This document shows positions 26,675 through 39,100 of a stretch of DNA of 64,000 bases, piece by piece. Below the pieces are notes generated by a model that was not told where the DNA came from, did no database searches, and was given only the letters and a program-made list of their open reading frames with translations. This stretch comes from Ostrea edulis (taxonomy: Eukaryota). Every line of letters begins with the position of its first letter. The stretch's first letter is position 1. The position numbers and the translations under genes were made by a program. The DNA is taken from positions 43,090,001 through 43,154,000 of the forward strand of contig NC_079170.1 in the NCBI RefSeq assembly GCF_947568905.1. Direction: 5' to 3'.

Positions 26675-27830
26675 ACACAATCTGGTACATCATAATACTC
26701 CTGGCATGGGCTCTACGCTCCTGTAGTAAGGGCCAGTTGAGTTACTGGGTCATATTGGAGACACTGCTGGTTGTCCTAAAATCGTTCATTATCATTCTGG
26801 CAACTCTCCTCTGTACCATCTCCAGTTTGTTGATATTTTCTGTCGTATTCGGGTCCCAGATAACACTTGCATATTCCAGCAAGAGACGGACTACTGTCTT
26901 ATAGCATAGGGCTTTGATCTCACGTAGGCATTGATGGATGTTACGCCGCAGAAAAGCATTCTTAGCAGGGCCGTAAATTACATGGAGGCGGAGGAGGCAG
27001 TTGCCTCCTCCAACTTTTGAGCCAAAAATAATTAAAATTTAAAGTTCATTAAAATTTATGTTGTTTCCAATAACTAAGAACATGATACTTCCCTTAAAAA
27101 GCATTCCAAATCTTTCTTTTAGAATGAGTTAGTCAAGTAACATCTTAGAAGGCCCCAGAATCAAGGATTTTGTACGAAACGTGTTCAGTGTTCACAAAAT
27201 GTGCTCAACGTCTGGGGGCCTGGGCGGCCCCCAGACCACCGCCTAATTTCCTGCCTCCTCCAAATTGAAGGTTAATTTACGGCCCTGCTTAGTGATCTGG
27301 CTGAGGTGCTGAGTCCATTTCAAACTCTTGTGGATATTCACCCTAAGGTACTTGAATGGCAAAATCAACTACTTCAAGAGTGTGTGCATGGATGTTGTAG
27401 GGGTATTCTACACACTTCCCTTTGTTGGTGACATGCAGTACTTGAAATTTCTTGGAGTGGAACTCCATCAACCAATTGCTATACTGCGCATGCTATACAT
27501 AGAGCTTCTAGGTCTTCTTGAAGCTTGATGGCGTCCTCCTCCTATCTGATATTCCTATAGAGGGCACTGTCATCTGCAAATAATCTTGCTGTAGATCCCT
27601 GTGAGACACAATCTGGTAGGTCATTTAAAATAAACAGGAACAACAAATGGTCAAGCACACTACCCTGGGGGACTCCTGATTGTACTTGGGCTGTAGATGA
27701 TGTAACACCCTCCAGTAACACTTGTTGGGTCTGGCCTACAAGGAAGTCTTTGATCCATTGTAGATGACTGTGTCTAACCCCATAGTGTTCTAACTTATAC
27801 AGAAGACGATTGTAAGGAACCTTGTCGAAA
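26675..27830 (-). mobile_element. Non-LTR retrotransposon reverse transcriptase fragment (degenerate), interrupted by a MITE
   Basis: FDKVPY..LLYKL..YG..WIKDFL..SGVPQGSVL..LFL..NDLP..RLFADDSALY, continuing to ..YKTVVR..LEYASVIWDP..KLEMVQRR; stops and frameshifts present. Confidence 0.9.
26966..27287. mobile_element. MITE with CAG...CTG termini and 5-bp TSD inserted in the LINE
   Basis: TIR CAGGGCCGTAAATTA / TAATTTACGGCCCTG; CTTAG on both flanks; removal restores the RT frame (LSQITKNAFLRRNI). Confidence 0.88.
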
Positions 27831-28221
27831 CTCACTATAACCATAAATATAGATTTATGGTTACAGTGGTTGTTTCGTAACTTAAATATAGATAAATTAT
27901 AAATATAGATTTATGGTTACAATGAGTGTCAGATCAAAACGGGCTTATCCCCTTTGGATGTAACGTTTCAAGTCGAAAACAATATTTCAACTTAGCTCGT
28001 ATAACTTGATGTAGTACAATGGAACTCTACCAAGTTCAGATAAAACTGGAGAGCTGTGGTGGAAAAAATTATGAAACGTGTAATCTCTTTAAATATGTGC
28101 ACAATACTTTCTTTCAAATGGTCTTTAAAAAAAAATATCAAGCCGATTTTTTACCGGGCCATTTATCTGTGTATCGGTTTCTTGAGACTTATGATTTAGG
28201 TGAAGGAAAACAATTGTTGTA

Positions 28222-28435
28222 TGAATGATCGATTGTTTGTTTTACGTCCCGCAGAGAATGTTTCTCTCATACTGAGGTATCACCAGCTGTGGGTGAAGTA
28301 CCACAAATTTAGACCTATGTTTTCCTCTCAGAGCTGTAGCAGTGAGGGTTCTATAATATGCCAACGCCAGCCACGACCTCAGGTTTTAATTAAGGTCATA
28401 TCCGAAAGACCCGTAGTTCTCACTTCTAAATACCA
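28222..28435 (-). mobile_element. SINE 3' portion (inverted copy of the 28439 family)
   Basis: Reverse complement aligns to AGAACCCTCACTGCT...TAGG(C/T)CTAAATTTG...TTCAC...AAAATTCTC...AAACAA tail. Confidence 0.7.
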
Positions 28436-28438
28436 AGA

Positions 28439-28765
28439 CCGCCGCGGTGGTCAAGATGTAGAGCGTACACCCCGCATGCGGAAGGTCGGGTTTCAAATCC
28501 CGGCCGTGACATGCGTAAATTGTTAGAAGAGGAAGTGACAGTTCCATCGCCAATCGCTTGGCATCAGGTGTGAATGTCACGGGTTCCCGAACGGATGTCC
28601 CGTGTCACAGTAGGTGTGGCACACTAAAGAACCCTCACTGCTCAATGGTCGTAAGCTCCGGGTATATAGGCCTAAATTTGAAGATTTCACCGGTATTGTT
28701 GACGTATCTATATGACTGAAAAATTCTCGAGAGTGCGTTAAACAATATACAATCAATCAATCAAA
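28439..28765 (+). mobile_element. tRNA-derived SINE, near full length
   Basis: tRNA-like head (GTGGTCAAGATGTAGAGCG ... GGGTTTCAAATCCCGGCC), body, and (CAAT)n tail. Confidence 0.8.
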
Positions 28766-28959
28766 ATGTCGAACGTTTGGAGAAGGAGCAATGACATGGC
28801 AATGACACGAGCGGGGCTCGAACTCACGACTGGTGTATGATTTTCTGCGATTTGTCAAGTTTTTGATCTGGTGTGGCATAAGGGACTTCCTCTCAAGTTA
28901 CAACCATATGGCGTTGGCAATAATTTACCTCATGCAATGATTCAAGAGTTTTACATAAA

Positions 28960-29960
28960 AATACAATATGTCTACCTGTAAATCTTTAGATGCTGGAGTT
29001 ACGCAAGGTTCTGCACCAAGTCCATTATTATTATTTTTTATATATATATACATGTATATCAATGGTAAACTATACCTGAAAATATGTCAAGCTTATGTAG
29101 GTTGTATGTCGATGATAACTCTCTACATTGTTCTTCCAATATATGATATCCAACAATTGAATAATTCATGACTTGCACAAATTATAGACTTGTGGTCTAA
29201 ACGACAGTTGATGAATTTTAATCCTTTAAAAACCGAGGCTATGGTTTTTAGCAGAAAAAAAAAAATGCTTACCAGGTATTTAAGATGTTTAGAGATTCAG
29301 AATTGTTACTTAGATTTGAGTCAACACACATTTTAAACACTTCTAAAGGTGTCATATCCTCGCATGATCTCAGCTGATCAACATACACTGATTCATTACT
29401 AGCCAACGCTTACAAGAACCTGGGATTGCTTAAAAAACGAAATTTAAGTCAAAAGTCAGTTCTAAAACGTTATCGTTTTTTATACATGTACACTACTTTC
29501 GTAAAACCCCATCCGGAATATGCATCCGAAGTAAGGGTTGTGTGTTCAAAACGAGATTCTGAAAAACTACAGCGAGCAGCTGTACGAGTAGTAACCTGCA
29601 TCTCTCTCTCTCTCTCTCTCTTTAGAAAACGATGTGAACCGCTTATTGATAGACAAAGCACCAAATCAAGATCAATTTTGTATAAAGTTTAATACAATAT
29701 GGTTCCTGACTATCTCAAAAGCATATATTACCAAATACACGTTGATACGAGTCAAATTATATTACCAGACAGTCACAAAATTTTAGCATTTCCAAGTGTA
29801 TATTGATTACGTACACTGTATCGTCTTTTGTTCCAGTAGTGATAGACGAGTGGAATTCTACATCTTTGGAAGTTTAAGACAATCTGTTACATTCGTTTAA
29901 AAACTGTCTACGAATGTCAAAACCACGCCTCCTCCATATTTCTCTCATGGAGAATTTTAA
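28960..29960 (+). mobile_element. Heavily decayed LINE RT fragment
   Basis: DAGVTQGSAPSPLLLFFIYI and YTTFVKPHPEYASEV...RDSEKLQRAAVRVVT remnants with multiple frameshifts. Confidence 0.7.
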
Positions 29961-30670
29961 TGCTAATGGAACGTAATATATACACACTAGACCGAGGCCA
30001 TTCTTTACCCAGAGTTCCGTGTGCTACTCGCACTACATTCTCTCCCCAGAGATCCGTGCGCTACTCATTCTGTAGAGGTCACGTCATCAAGCTAACACTA
30101 ATGATGTGAGTAGCACGTGACCTGTGTGTACACAATGGTGCCCTACTCGCACTACGAAGCTTGCGTAACGCGCCCTCTGGTGAGAAAATGAACTGAGGCA
30201 TTTGAAAAGATTTATGAATAGTAGATGTAATTAAATAGATCATTGACAGTCCATAACTTGCTCCTGTGGAAAAACAGGAGACACCTACCATTTCTTTTTC
30301 TCTAATAATTTAAAATATTCCATTCTTAGGAATGGCTTATTTAATGTTATTTTTAGAATGAAAAATTTACTCATAGTGGGTAATCATGTACTACTATGGG
30401 AAGACAAATCCATAAGTATAAAATATTAAAGACAATTAAGGCAAATTTTCTAAGCGACAAAATTGCCTATCGCACTGTAGACTAGCCTATAGAGTACTTC
30501 AATAAGTTTAAGCATTACATTATATTTGCACACATATTTATAACATCTTTTATGTATAACTTCTTCATGCAAGAAATGACCAATGATGCCATTATTCGTA
30601 TACATGCATAGAATATTATATATGTCTATAAATATATTGATCATTTATTTCTGCATTTTGTTTAGGAGCT

Positions 30671-30811
30671 CATAGGCGTAGCTTGGGTTCGAATATTACC
30701 GAGGCAGGGGGTCTGGGGGGCTGCTATCGACATTTTAACAACGTAAAAGGTGGGTTTTTTTTTTTTACCGAGGCAGCTGCCTCGGTTGCCTCAATGGAAG
30801 CTACGCCACTG
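30671..30811. mobile_element. MITE, CA...TG termini, 5-bp TSD
   Basis: CATAGGCGTAGCT / AGCTACGCCACTG; GAGCT on both flanks. Confidence 0.8.
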
Positions 30812-31379
30812 GAGCTTAATTAATATATTGACAATAAAATGTATAAGAATAGCTTTTCGTTGTTTTCCTGAACACAAAATATTGATTAATTTTTAAAAGA
30901 GAAAAAATCTTCCTTCCTTAATTTTTACCAAGCTTTAAAATAATTAAATTCAAAGGTGATTTAACTTACAGTTACTTGAGTAGTAATTAAAGGGGTGATT
31001 TCAGAATACATGTTGGGCAATTAAAAAACCGGAAGCACCCACCTAGGATCACTATCACCCACACATATCTCATTATTTCTTTCTCCCCTCATCCCACTTA
31101 CCCTATGGTAAGTAGGATAAAGATGAACCATTTTTAATGACGTGAAAGACATTCATTTGAAATTCAATATTTTCCCGCCACATGAGATAGATGGCGTTTC
31201 CAAAGATGAGACAAGTCGACTTCCTGTACCGAAAACAACAAAATCCCCTTGAAACGCTGGCGAGAAAATAAGCTATTTCGGTGAGATTTTCATCAATTTT
31301 TGTTAAATGAACGTTTTCCCCAATCTATTTACTTGAAATAGAGCCTTCGTTATTGATAAATAACCTGTCATAACAAAGT

Positions 31380-31706
31380 CTCAATCCGCGCAGACGCAGA
31401 TAGCATTGCTTCAATGCTTGTCCCATCGAGATAGCGGTGCCCACTTTTATTTTCCTTCATAAATATGTAGAAATTACGACCAACATTACGTGTCTAAGCC
31501 CTGGAAATTTGATTTCATTCCTTCTATATACAACAGATCTTGCAACCGATTGACTGGTCAGACCAAGTTTTCGTTGCACCTGTCTGTACTATCCCTTGTT
31601 CGCGCAAGCTCGAGTGTGGCGCAGTCGCACCACAAAATCTCATCACCTGCCCGTGTCCCTGCGCACGCAGTGTTAAATTTGCTAACAATGTTTACAAACG
31701 AAGCAC
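31380..31706 (+). promoter_or_regulatory. Probable NRF1 promoter / first exon
   Basis: Locally CpG-rich island in an AT-rich background, ending in donor GCAC|GTAAG at 31707. The next exon acceptor TTTCAG|G at 33095 lies upstream of the NRF1 ATG. Inferred, no transcript data. Confidence 0.45.
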
Positions 31707-32336
31707 GTAAGAGGAGAAAATGGGAGAAAAGAAAGAAATGTACATGTATGGATGTATTAAGCTAATCAATATGGCCGTTTTCACAAATATAATTATCTCC
31801 CTTTAGCATGTTACCCTCCATATAGATATATCAATATTTACTGGTGTTAACTCAATGAGACAAAAAAAACGCAAGAACTTTACGCGAGTTGTAATTCATT
31901 TGATATCAATAAAAAAAATGAGCCTGGGTAGTTTTACTTTGCTTTAGTTGTTGCAATTAACATGCATACGGTATGGTCATCCCATATTGCACCCATCTAG
32001 CTTGCATCTTCACGGATCAGTGCCCCATATTGTTAGAATGCCAAAACATACAATATCTGAAGGATGAGGACATAGCAGGAAAAAATTTTCACTCTCTCCA
32101 TGAATGTCCAAATTCGACATTACAAATTTGATTGTGCAGCTTTTGATCATATTGTATATATTGCATATAAATTAACAATGTAATGCATGTCCTTTGGAAT
32201 AAAACGGTATGTTTTCACCCAAAATTTAACCTTAAATTCATTACTGGTTCAAATGTCATGAAGATTATACCTCCATTACACTGTACCTGATTACATTGTA
32301 ATTAAATGTAGTTTTGCACAATTATTATTGTGTATG

Positions 32337-32677
32337 CAGGGCTCGAAATTAACATATGCCCGTCAGTCTGACTGGTTAAAAATCTGGCGGGCTGACATAC
32401 ATTTGTTTTAGTCAGTCCGATGGGACTGGTTAATTTTCTAAAGCATCATTTTGGTAAATATACTTATGAAATCTTATACACGCTGCACATTTGGCATGCT
32501 TCGATCTGTAGATGTCAGAGGCAATAAGTTAAATTTCATTTTATTAGCATTAACGAAATATGTTTCATTATTTCTTGAAAGCTCTGTTGGACTGGTAAAT
32601 TTTTCAGCGGACTGGTTGAAATTATACCCCATCAGTCCGGCTGGACTGGTGACATAAAAAGTTAGCTTCAAGCCCTG
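32337..32677. mobile_element. MITE, CAG...CTG termini, 5-bp TSD (NRF1 intron 1)
   Basis: CAGGGCTCGAAATTAAC / GTTAGCTTCAAGCCCTG; GTATG on both flanks. Confidence 0.85.
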
Positions 32678-33166
32678 GTATGAACTGTCAGTAAAGATTT
32701 TGAAGTCAAGAATTACATGTCAATTGTGACATAAAGATTTAAATGTCGCATTTCAAATGATGAATATTTTGAAACTTGAACTTTAAAATTAAACAGATAT
32801 GTTTAAGTGAATCTTTTATAAATCTCTCTTGTCCTACTAAATTTGCATGAGGTGAATTGCAAACAAATTTGTAGAAACTAAAGATCTCTAAAAATTTTCA
32901 GAATGTGTTTTTGTTTTATATGGGGGGAAAATTCCATTCTTTTATAGATTGAAATATGATCTGCCCCTGTAATTTATTGATATTTCAAACTTAGAATAAT
33001 CTTGAAGCTTGATGATCATCAACAGTGACAATACATGCCCAGTTGCATTCACTACGCCTATGTCCACAAACATTCTTTGGACTTCATCTTTCAGGTTGTG
33101 AAACTCCCACTAAACGGCATCGCCTCCTATTGGACCCAGGTGGGCAGAGCTAAATTCTTCGCTCCG

Positions 33167-36100
33167 ATGATGAATAATCTGGTCTCCAGTGGGGGTGCCA
33201 TTCAGGGTAACTTCACCATGACGACCTCCATGAACTCGGGGATGATCAGCGATGATCTCAGTGAGCCGAGTTCACCAGAGAGCTCGTTTGATGCCTCCGA
33301 CTTGCTGGGATCAAACAGCATTAATGACGAGGTCACAGCACAGTTAGCCAGTTCAGGTACGACAGATTTGACGACTGAGAATACGATGTTATGATAATCG
33401 CAGACAAACAAGGATTATGGGGATATTTTGTATTTAAAGACAAGTGCGAAACTTGTTCTTGATGAAAAAATAAGAAAACATTGTGCACTCCTAACATTCT
33501 ACAACTTCAGAAAATCAAGTAAAATGGCACAATTAGTGTATATTATTATTTGAATAGTATGAAAAGTATTAAAATTTGATGCAAACTAAGACAGGGCCTG
33601 TTATGGTGATTATCACTGATTTTATTACTGATTTTTAGGTACAATAGGAATGGCTGCCGCTGCAGCAATTGCCAGTGGCAGAAAACACAAGAGACCTCAT
33701 ACATTTGAGACCAATCCATCGATACGAAAACGACAACAGACCAGACTTCTAAGGTAAGCGGGGATGTAATTCAGTATACTTCGACATAGACTTAATCTTT
33801 TTTTTTTAAAATGATTCAGGTAGGTTATTATCAAATTAAAAGTTGTAGATTATTGAAAGCAAACAATGTACAGCTGTCATAGACAGAAAAAGTTCTATTA
33901 ATACATACACAGTGTACAACACTAGAAAATATATAAACGCTAGTCAAACATACTCTCATGAGTTCTCATGATTTTTACCTCATTTGCATACTGTTCAAAC
34001 CTCACTCACAGTTGAATCACATTTGATTCAGATGTGACGAGGTTAGGAAATTCTGTACGGACAACGCTAGTCCGGTAGCCTGAGGCTAGTAAATTTTGTC
34101 CCAGACTATCTGAATATCATTTATAAGTAGTCCGGTGGACTACTAAAAAATTCGAACTCTGTACTTTCTTGCAAACTTCCTTTCTGCTTTCATTTCTATT
34201 GTAAATCGGTATGAATACAATGAACTTATCTTTGATGGAGCTGACTAAATTGAATGTTACAGTGTCACTACCGAGCTTAGAACTATATTCATAATACATC
34301 ATACCGTGATTCAAGCAGATGGTGGTTTAATGTGAGACTCAGAAAAAATAGAGGCTTAATTCGGTCTTCAAATTTTCATTTATTTGTTTCAAAATTTCGC
34401 ATTTAGACTTTGAAAATCAGGAGAGGACAAGCCCCCTCCTGCACTTTCCCCCCCTCGTCGCTTTGCGATTTAGTCGTCTGCCTTTGGCAGAAGGACTAGT
34501 CACTCTACAGTTTTAAACATCTGTGCTCTATCTCTAATATTTGTAATGTGTGGTCCCTTGTAGGAAGTTGAAGTCCTGTATAGAGGAGTACACAACCCGA
34601 GTAGGACAACAGGCAGTGGTGCTGTGTTGTACACCAGGGAAGTCTCAAAACTCTAACAACTACAAAGTCTTTGGTTCCCAGCCATTAGAAAATGTGGTAA
34701 GTAGGTACTTCAGCCATTAGAAACTGGTAAGTAGGTTAGGAACTCCAGCCATTAGAGACTGTGGTAAGTAGGTTAGGAACTCCAGCCATTAGAGACTGTG
34801 GTAAGTAGGTTAGGAACTCCAGCCATTAGAGACTGTGGTAAGTAAGTTAAGAACTCCAGCCATTAGAGACTGGTAAGTAGGTTAGGAACTCCAGCCATTA
34901 GAGACTGTGGTAAGTAGGTTAATAACTCCAGCCATGAGAGACTGTGGTAAGTAGGTTAAGAACTCCAGCCATTAGAGACTGGTAAGTAGGAACTTTCATA
35001 ACTTGCAGGTTAGGGATCTCCGGTGGATTTTTATTTGGTCCTGTAAAATTTCTTGGCACTACCAAATTTTCATTTATCAAGTTATAGGATATGATGCACA
35101 AATTATATGTCAAGTTTCCACCACTTAGATGTAAACAATGTTCAGTTTGTACCCGAGACTTATACAAGAAAGAATAGCTATTATCTTTACATGAAGGCAA
35201 GCATAGATGTGCAAAGTATAGGAGTGACTGTTCCTGTTACCACAAACTTTGAATGGTTTCAATGGAGAACAGAATAAAATGGCACTCACGAAAGACATTG
35301 CAGTAGTTACTTATTGAGTGACAAACCTCTATGATATCTACTTGTCTAGAGTTGCATATGAGTTCTAAGATGTTACGGCTCTGAATGATCCTGTTTTCTT
35401 TTCCCAGATAAGGAATTGTAAATCAGTGGTGCTACAGGATTTAGAATCTACCTTAGCAGAACAAGTCCCACAGTCTCAAGATGTCACAGGCATGCAGGAG
35501 TTACCACCCTTGTCCATCGACGGAATTCCAACTTCAGTTGACAAAATGACTCAGGTTCAGTCAGCATACATAAGAAAAATTGTGAAATGATGTGAAAACA
35601 ACTTTATTGTCTAAGAATATGTGTAAAAGATGCACTGATTTGTTAACTTTTGATATACAAAAGCACATCCTGGGTAACTGTCACACACATGCTCTGGTAA
35701 CAGGAAACACTTGCATTGTGCCGTGTACCTACAACATGTGATCTAGGCCTAATTGGTTTTTTTATGTTCATCATAGAATTATGGTATGACACAGTGTGTT
35801 TGTCTGTCCATCTGTCAGCATGTTGTGGGTCAGGAATATTAAAACTTAAACGATCAAAGATCATCAAACTTGATAAACATGTTCTCAATGATTAGAGGAA
35901 AAAGCCAATCAGCATGTTGTGGGTCAGGAATATTAAAACTTATACGATCAAAGATCATCAAACTTGATAAACATGTTCTCAATGATTAGAGGGAAAAGCC
36001 AATCATTGAAAGGGACTGGTTCACAATTTTTGAAATAAAATATTTTTTCAATTTTGATGTTAAACATTGAAAATATAACTCATTTATTGTTGACAGCCAA

Positions 36101-39100
36101 AATTTTTACCTTCTGAATGCTAGAATAAAAGCAATATTTTAGCCTTAAATCCGTGTTATGTAAACAAAGACTTGAGTCTTTTTATGTATAGAAACAACCC
36201 AGTGAAAAATAAATTTTGTATGGTGTCCGGATAGGGCCATTTGCAAAGCGTAACTGCGCGTTAGTCACAACACGACTAAGCGCCAACGAGCAACGCGCCT
36301 TTGCGCTTTCACGACAACAAGCAACACACCTTTGCGCTGTCACGCCAACAAGCAACGTGCCGTCACGCCAACAAGCAACACGTCTTCGTGCCATGTTGCT
36401 TGTTGGCGCGTCGCTTGTCTGTGCGAAGGTGCATTGCTTGTTGGCGTGAGAGCGCGAAGGTGCATTGCTTGTCTGCACAAAGGCGCGTTGCTTGTTGGCG
36501 TGACGGCGTGTTGTGACTAACACACAGTCACGCTTTTGCAAATGTCCCTATCCGGACACCATAATTTTGCAATATAAAGCATCTTAATTTTGCATAGTAA
36601 AGAATTTTAACTTTTAGATGACACATTTTGCCCAAAGAATGCTTGAAATGTAAAAGATATGATAAACTTGGATCGATATCCATTTCTTTTGAACATTTCG
36701 TAAACAATAACATACTGCAATCTTTGTTTACAAGACAAATAATAAACTCTATAAATGAGCTTCTGTGATATTGTATAACCTTAATTTTTATGTGAAATCT
36801 TTTAAACACATTAGACAGTAGATTTTGATCATTAAAATTGATAAACAAAATTTTGGGGAAAATCATGAATCAGTCCCTTTAAAGTCAAAGGCTGAGGTTA
36901 AACTTATATGATTACAAGTTTAGTATCATCAAACTTGGTACACATTTCCCCCCTGATCAGAGGAAGAAACCTATTGCTTTATGCCTGTCATAGATGGGTC
37001 ATATTTATGGTATGAGAGAGTATCTGTTCATCTTGTGTTTGTCATTTGTCTGCTCATCCATCAGCACCTTTTGGGAAGATAAAAAGAGTGCTAAGAAGGC
37101 TAGGATTATTAAACCTGATCACATGTTCCCCATGGTGAGGTGATTATGGCCGTTATTTTTTTAAGGTCAATGTCATACTTTCATGAGTAATTAGGCCAAC
37201 TAAAAAAATACATATGTTTTCATTCCCCCAAACAATTTTCCGCCAGCCCTAACATTTTTTAATCGGCAATATATGCAATTTCAAAATATACAGCCTTTTC
37301 CATTAACAATTCTGTTATTAGATGTTTTCTCAACATTGAATGAACACATTTACAACTAGCCTGACCTGTAATGTTTTGTCTCTCACTTTCAGTCTGATAT
37401 TTTAAAAGAGACAAAAAAATGTCATAGTCCCTTTGAACAATTCCATGAAATTTTATGAGATTGTCGATCAATATCACAATGTCAGTGTAAAGTGTTTACT
37501 AAATTAAATGAGGTACATCGTACATGAGGTGACAACTCCTGTCCAGATAGTTGGAGAGTGACAAAAAAATGTCTTCTTTTGTTTCTTATTTGTTATATGT
37601 TCTTTTGTAGGCGCAGCTGCGAACCTTTATCCCAGAGATGTTGAAGTTTAGTACTGGACGTAGTAAACCAGGGTGGGGCAAGACCGAGTGTCGTCCCGTG
37701 TGGTGGCCCAATGATGTCCCCTGGGCTAATGTACGCAGTGATGTCAGAACCACAGAGCAGAAGAAAAAGGTCAGATTATCATCGAAAAGATATAAAATCC
37801 CAACAAAGTTAGAGAAACCCAACAAAGTCTATGTAGATGTGTGTATAAAATGCACTTGCCTGGGGGGGGGGGGGGGGGGGGGGCTACTCATTTTAAAGTT
37901 GTCACTTATGAGTTTTGAAAAAGATCACTTCCCCATGTGTCAAGAAATGGAGTTTTGTTCCCTTCTCTTTAATGTAGCTTCTGAAGCTTGACATTTTTAG
38001 TCTACAGTTGACTGTCGAGGGTTTGAACTTTGATCTCTCAAAGTTCTTGATTTCTCCAAGTGAAATCACGATCACAGTTTTTCTCTCAATGTAATGAAAC
38101 ATGTTTACTCTTGATCTCGCAAACATCTAATCTCTCAGAGTTCTTGATTTTGGTTTTATTGTTTTTCACTCTTCATATGAGGATGTGGTGGTAGTGTACA
38201 TAATGTAGATGCCATCAGTCAAGTGAATAATTATTAACACTTGTACTTACATGTACCTGAATAACTATGAATGCTTCATCTTGAGATAGATAATTGTTTA
38301 ATTACAAGTACAATTTTAATGATAACTGGATTCTGAAGGATGCGGTGTAATTTTGAAAAGTTTGTTTTGACGTCATTTTGATAAATTTATGTAGAGACAT
38401 GCCAATAAAAAAGTGTGACAAAATGACCCCCAGGATGTTGTAAATATACACTTCTAGTTACTATAAAATCTGAATCATAACGTTTTAAATTTCTGGATTT
38501 AATTCAACCTTCGATCTCTCAAATCCTCAATCTCTTAAAGTTTTATCAAGGTCACTTAAACTTCGAGTAAACTGAAGTTATGGGTTATGCATTTGATTGG
38601 AGTGTTAATGCTGTTAGAGTTTGATAAGTACTAGCTTGTACAAGTTTATATATGTGGCAGTCAGACAGGTTTAATCGCCAGTGGCCAGATAGCTCAGTTG
38701 GTGGAGCTCCTGACTAGAGATTCAGGGGGCCTGGGTTTCAATCCTGGTCTGGTCCGTCACATTTCCTCTGTTCCCATTACATATTTATTCGAAAGATAAC
38801 ATTTGATTTGCAACATACAAGCCAATTACTGAAATAAAACTTTAAGACTGTTATAGTATGCTTTTTTGATATTTTGTTTGAAACTGAGTCTTGTGTGTTC
38901 TAGGTGTCTTGGACAGAAGCCCTTCGAACCATAGTTAACAACTGTTACAAGCACCATGGAAGAGAAGATCTGTTACATGTTTTCGAGAGCTCGGAACAAA
39001 AGACAATGTTACAAACTATAAATAACCCTGACGGGACGATCTCTGTGATACAAATAGACACCACTCCCAATCAGGTGGTAACATTGCAGGATGGTACCCA

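Noticed and set aside
31090-31112. TTACCCTATGGTA shared with the 65-bp array
   Set aside because: 13-nt match with no further homology; most likely chance.
36182-36541. Several overlapping ORFs on both strands
   Set aside because: Produced by the GC-rich palindromic MITE.
23320-38781. tRNA genes at 23321, 23563, 25384, 28439, 38685
   Set aside because: A/B boxes are present but the cloverleafs are imperfect and each continues into repeat-family sequence; treated as TE-derived.
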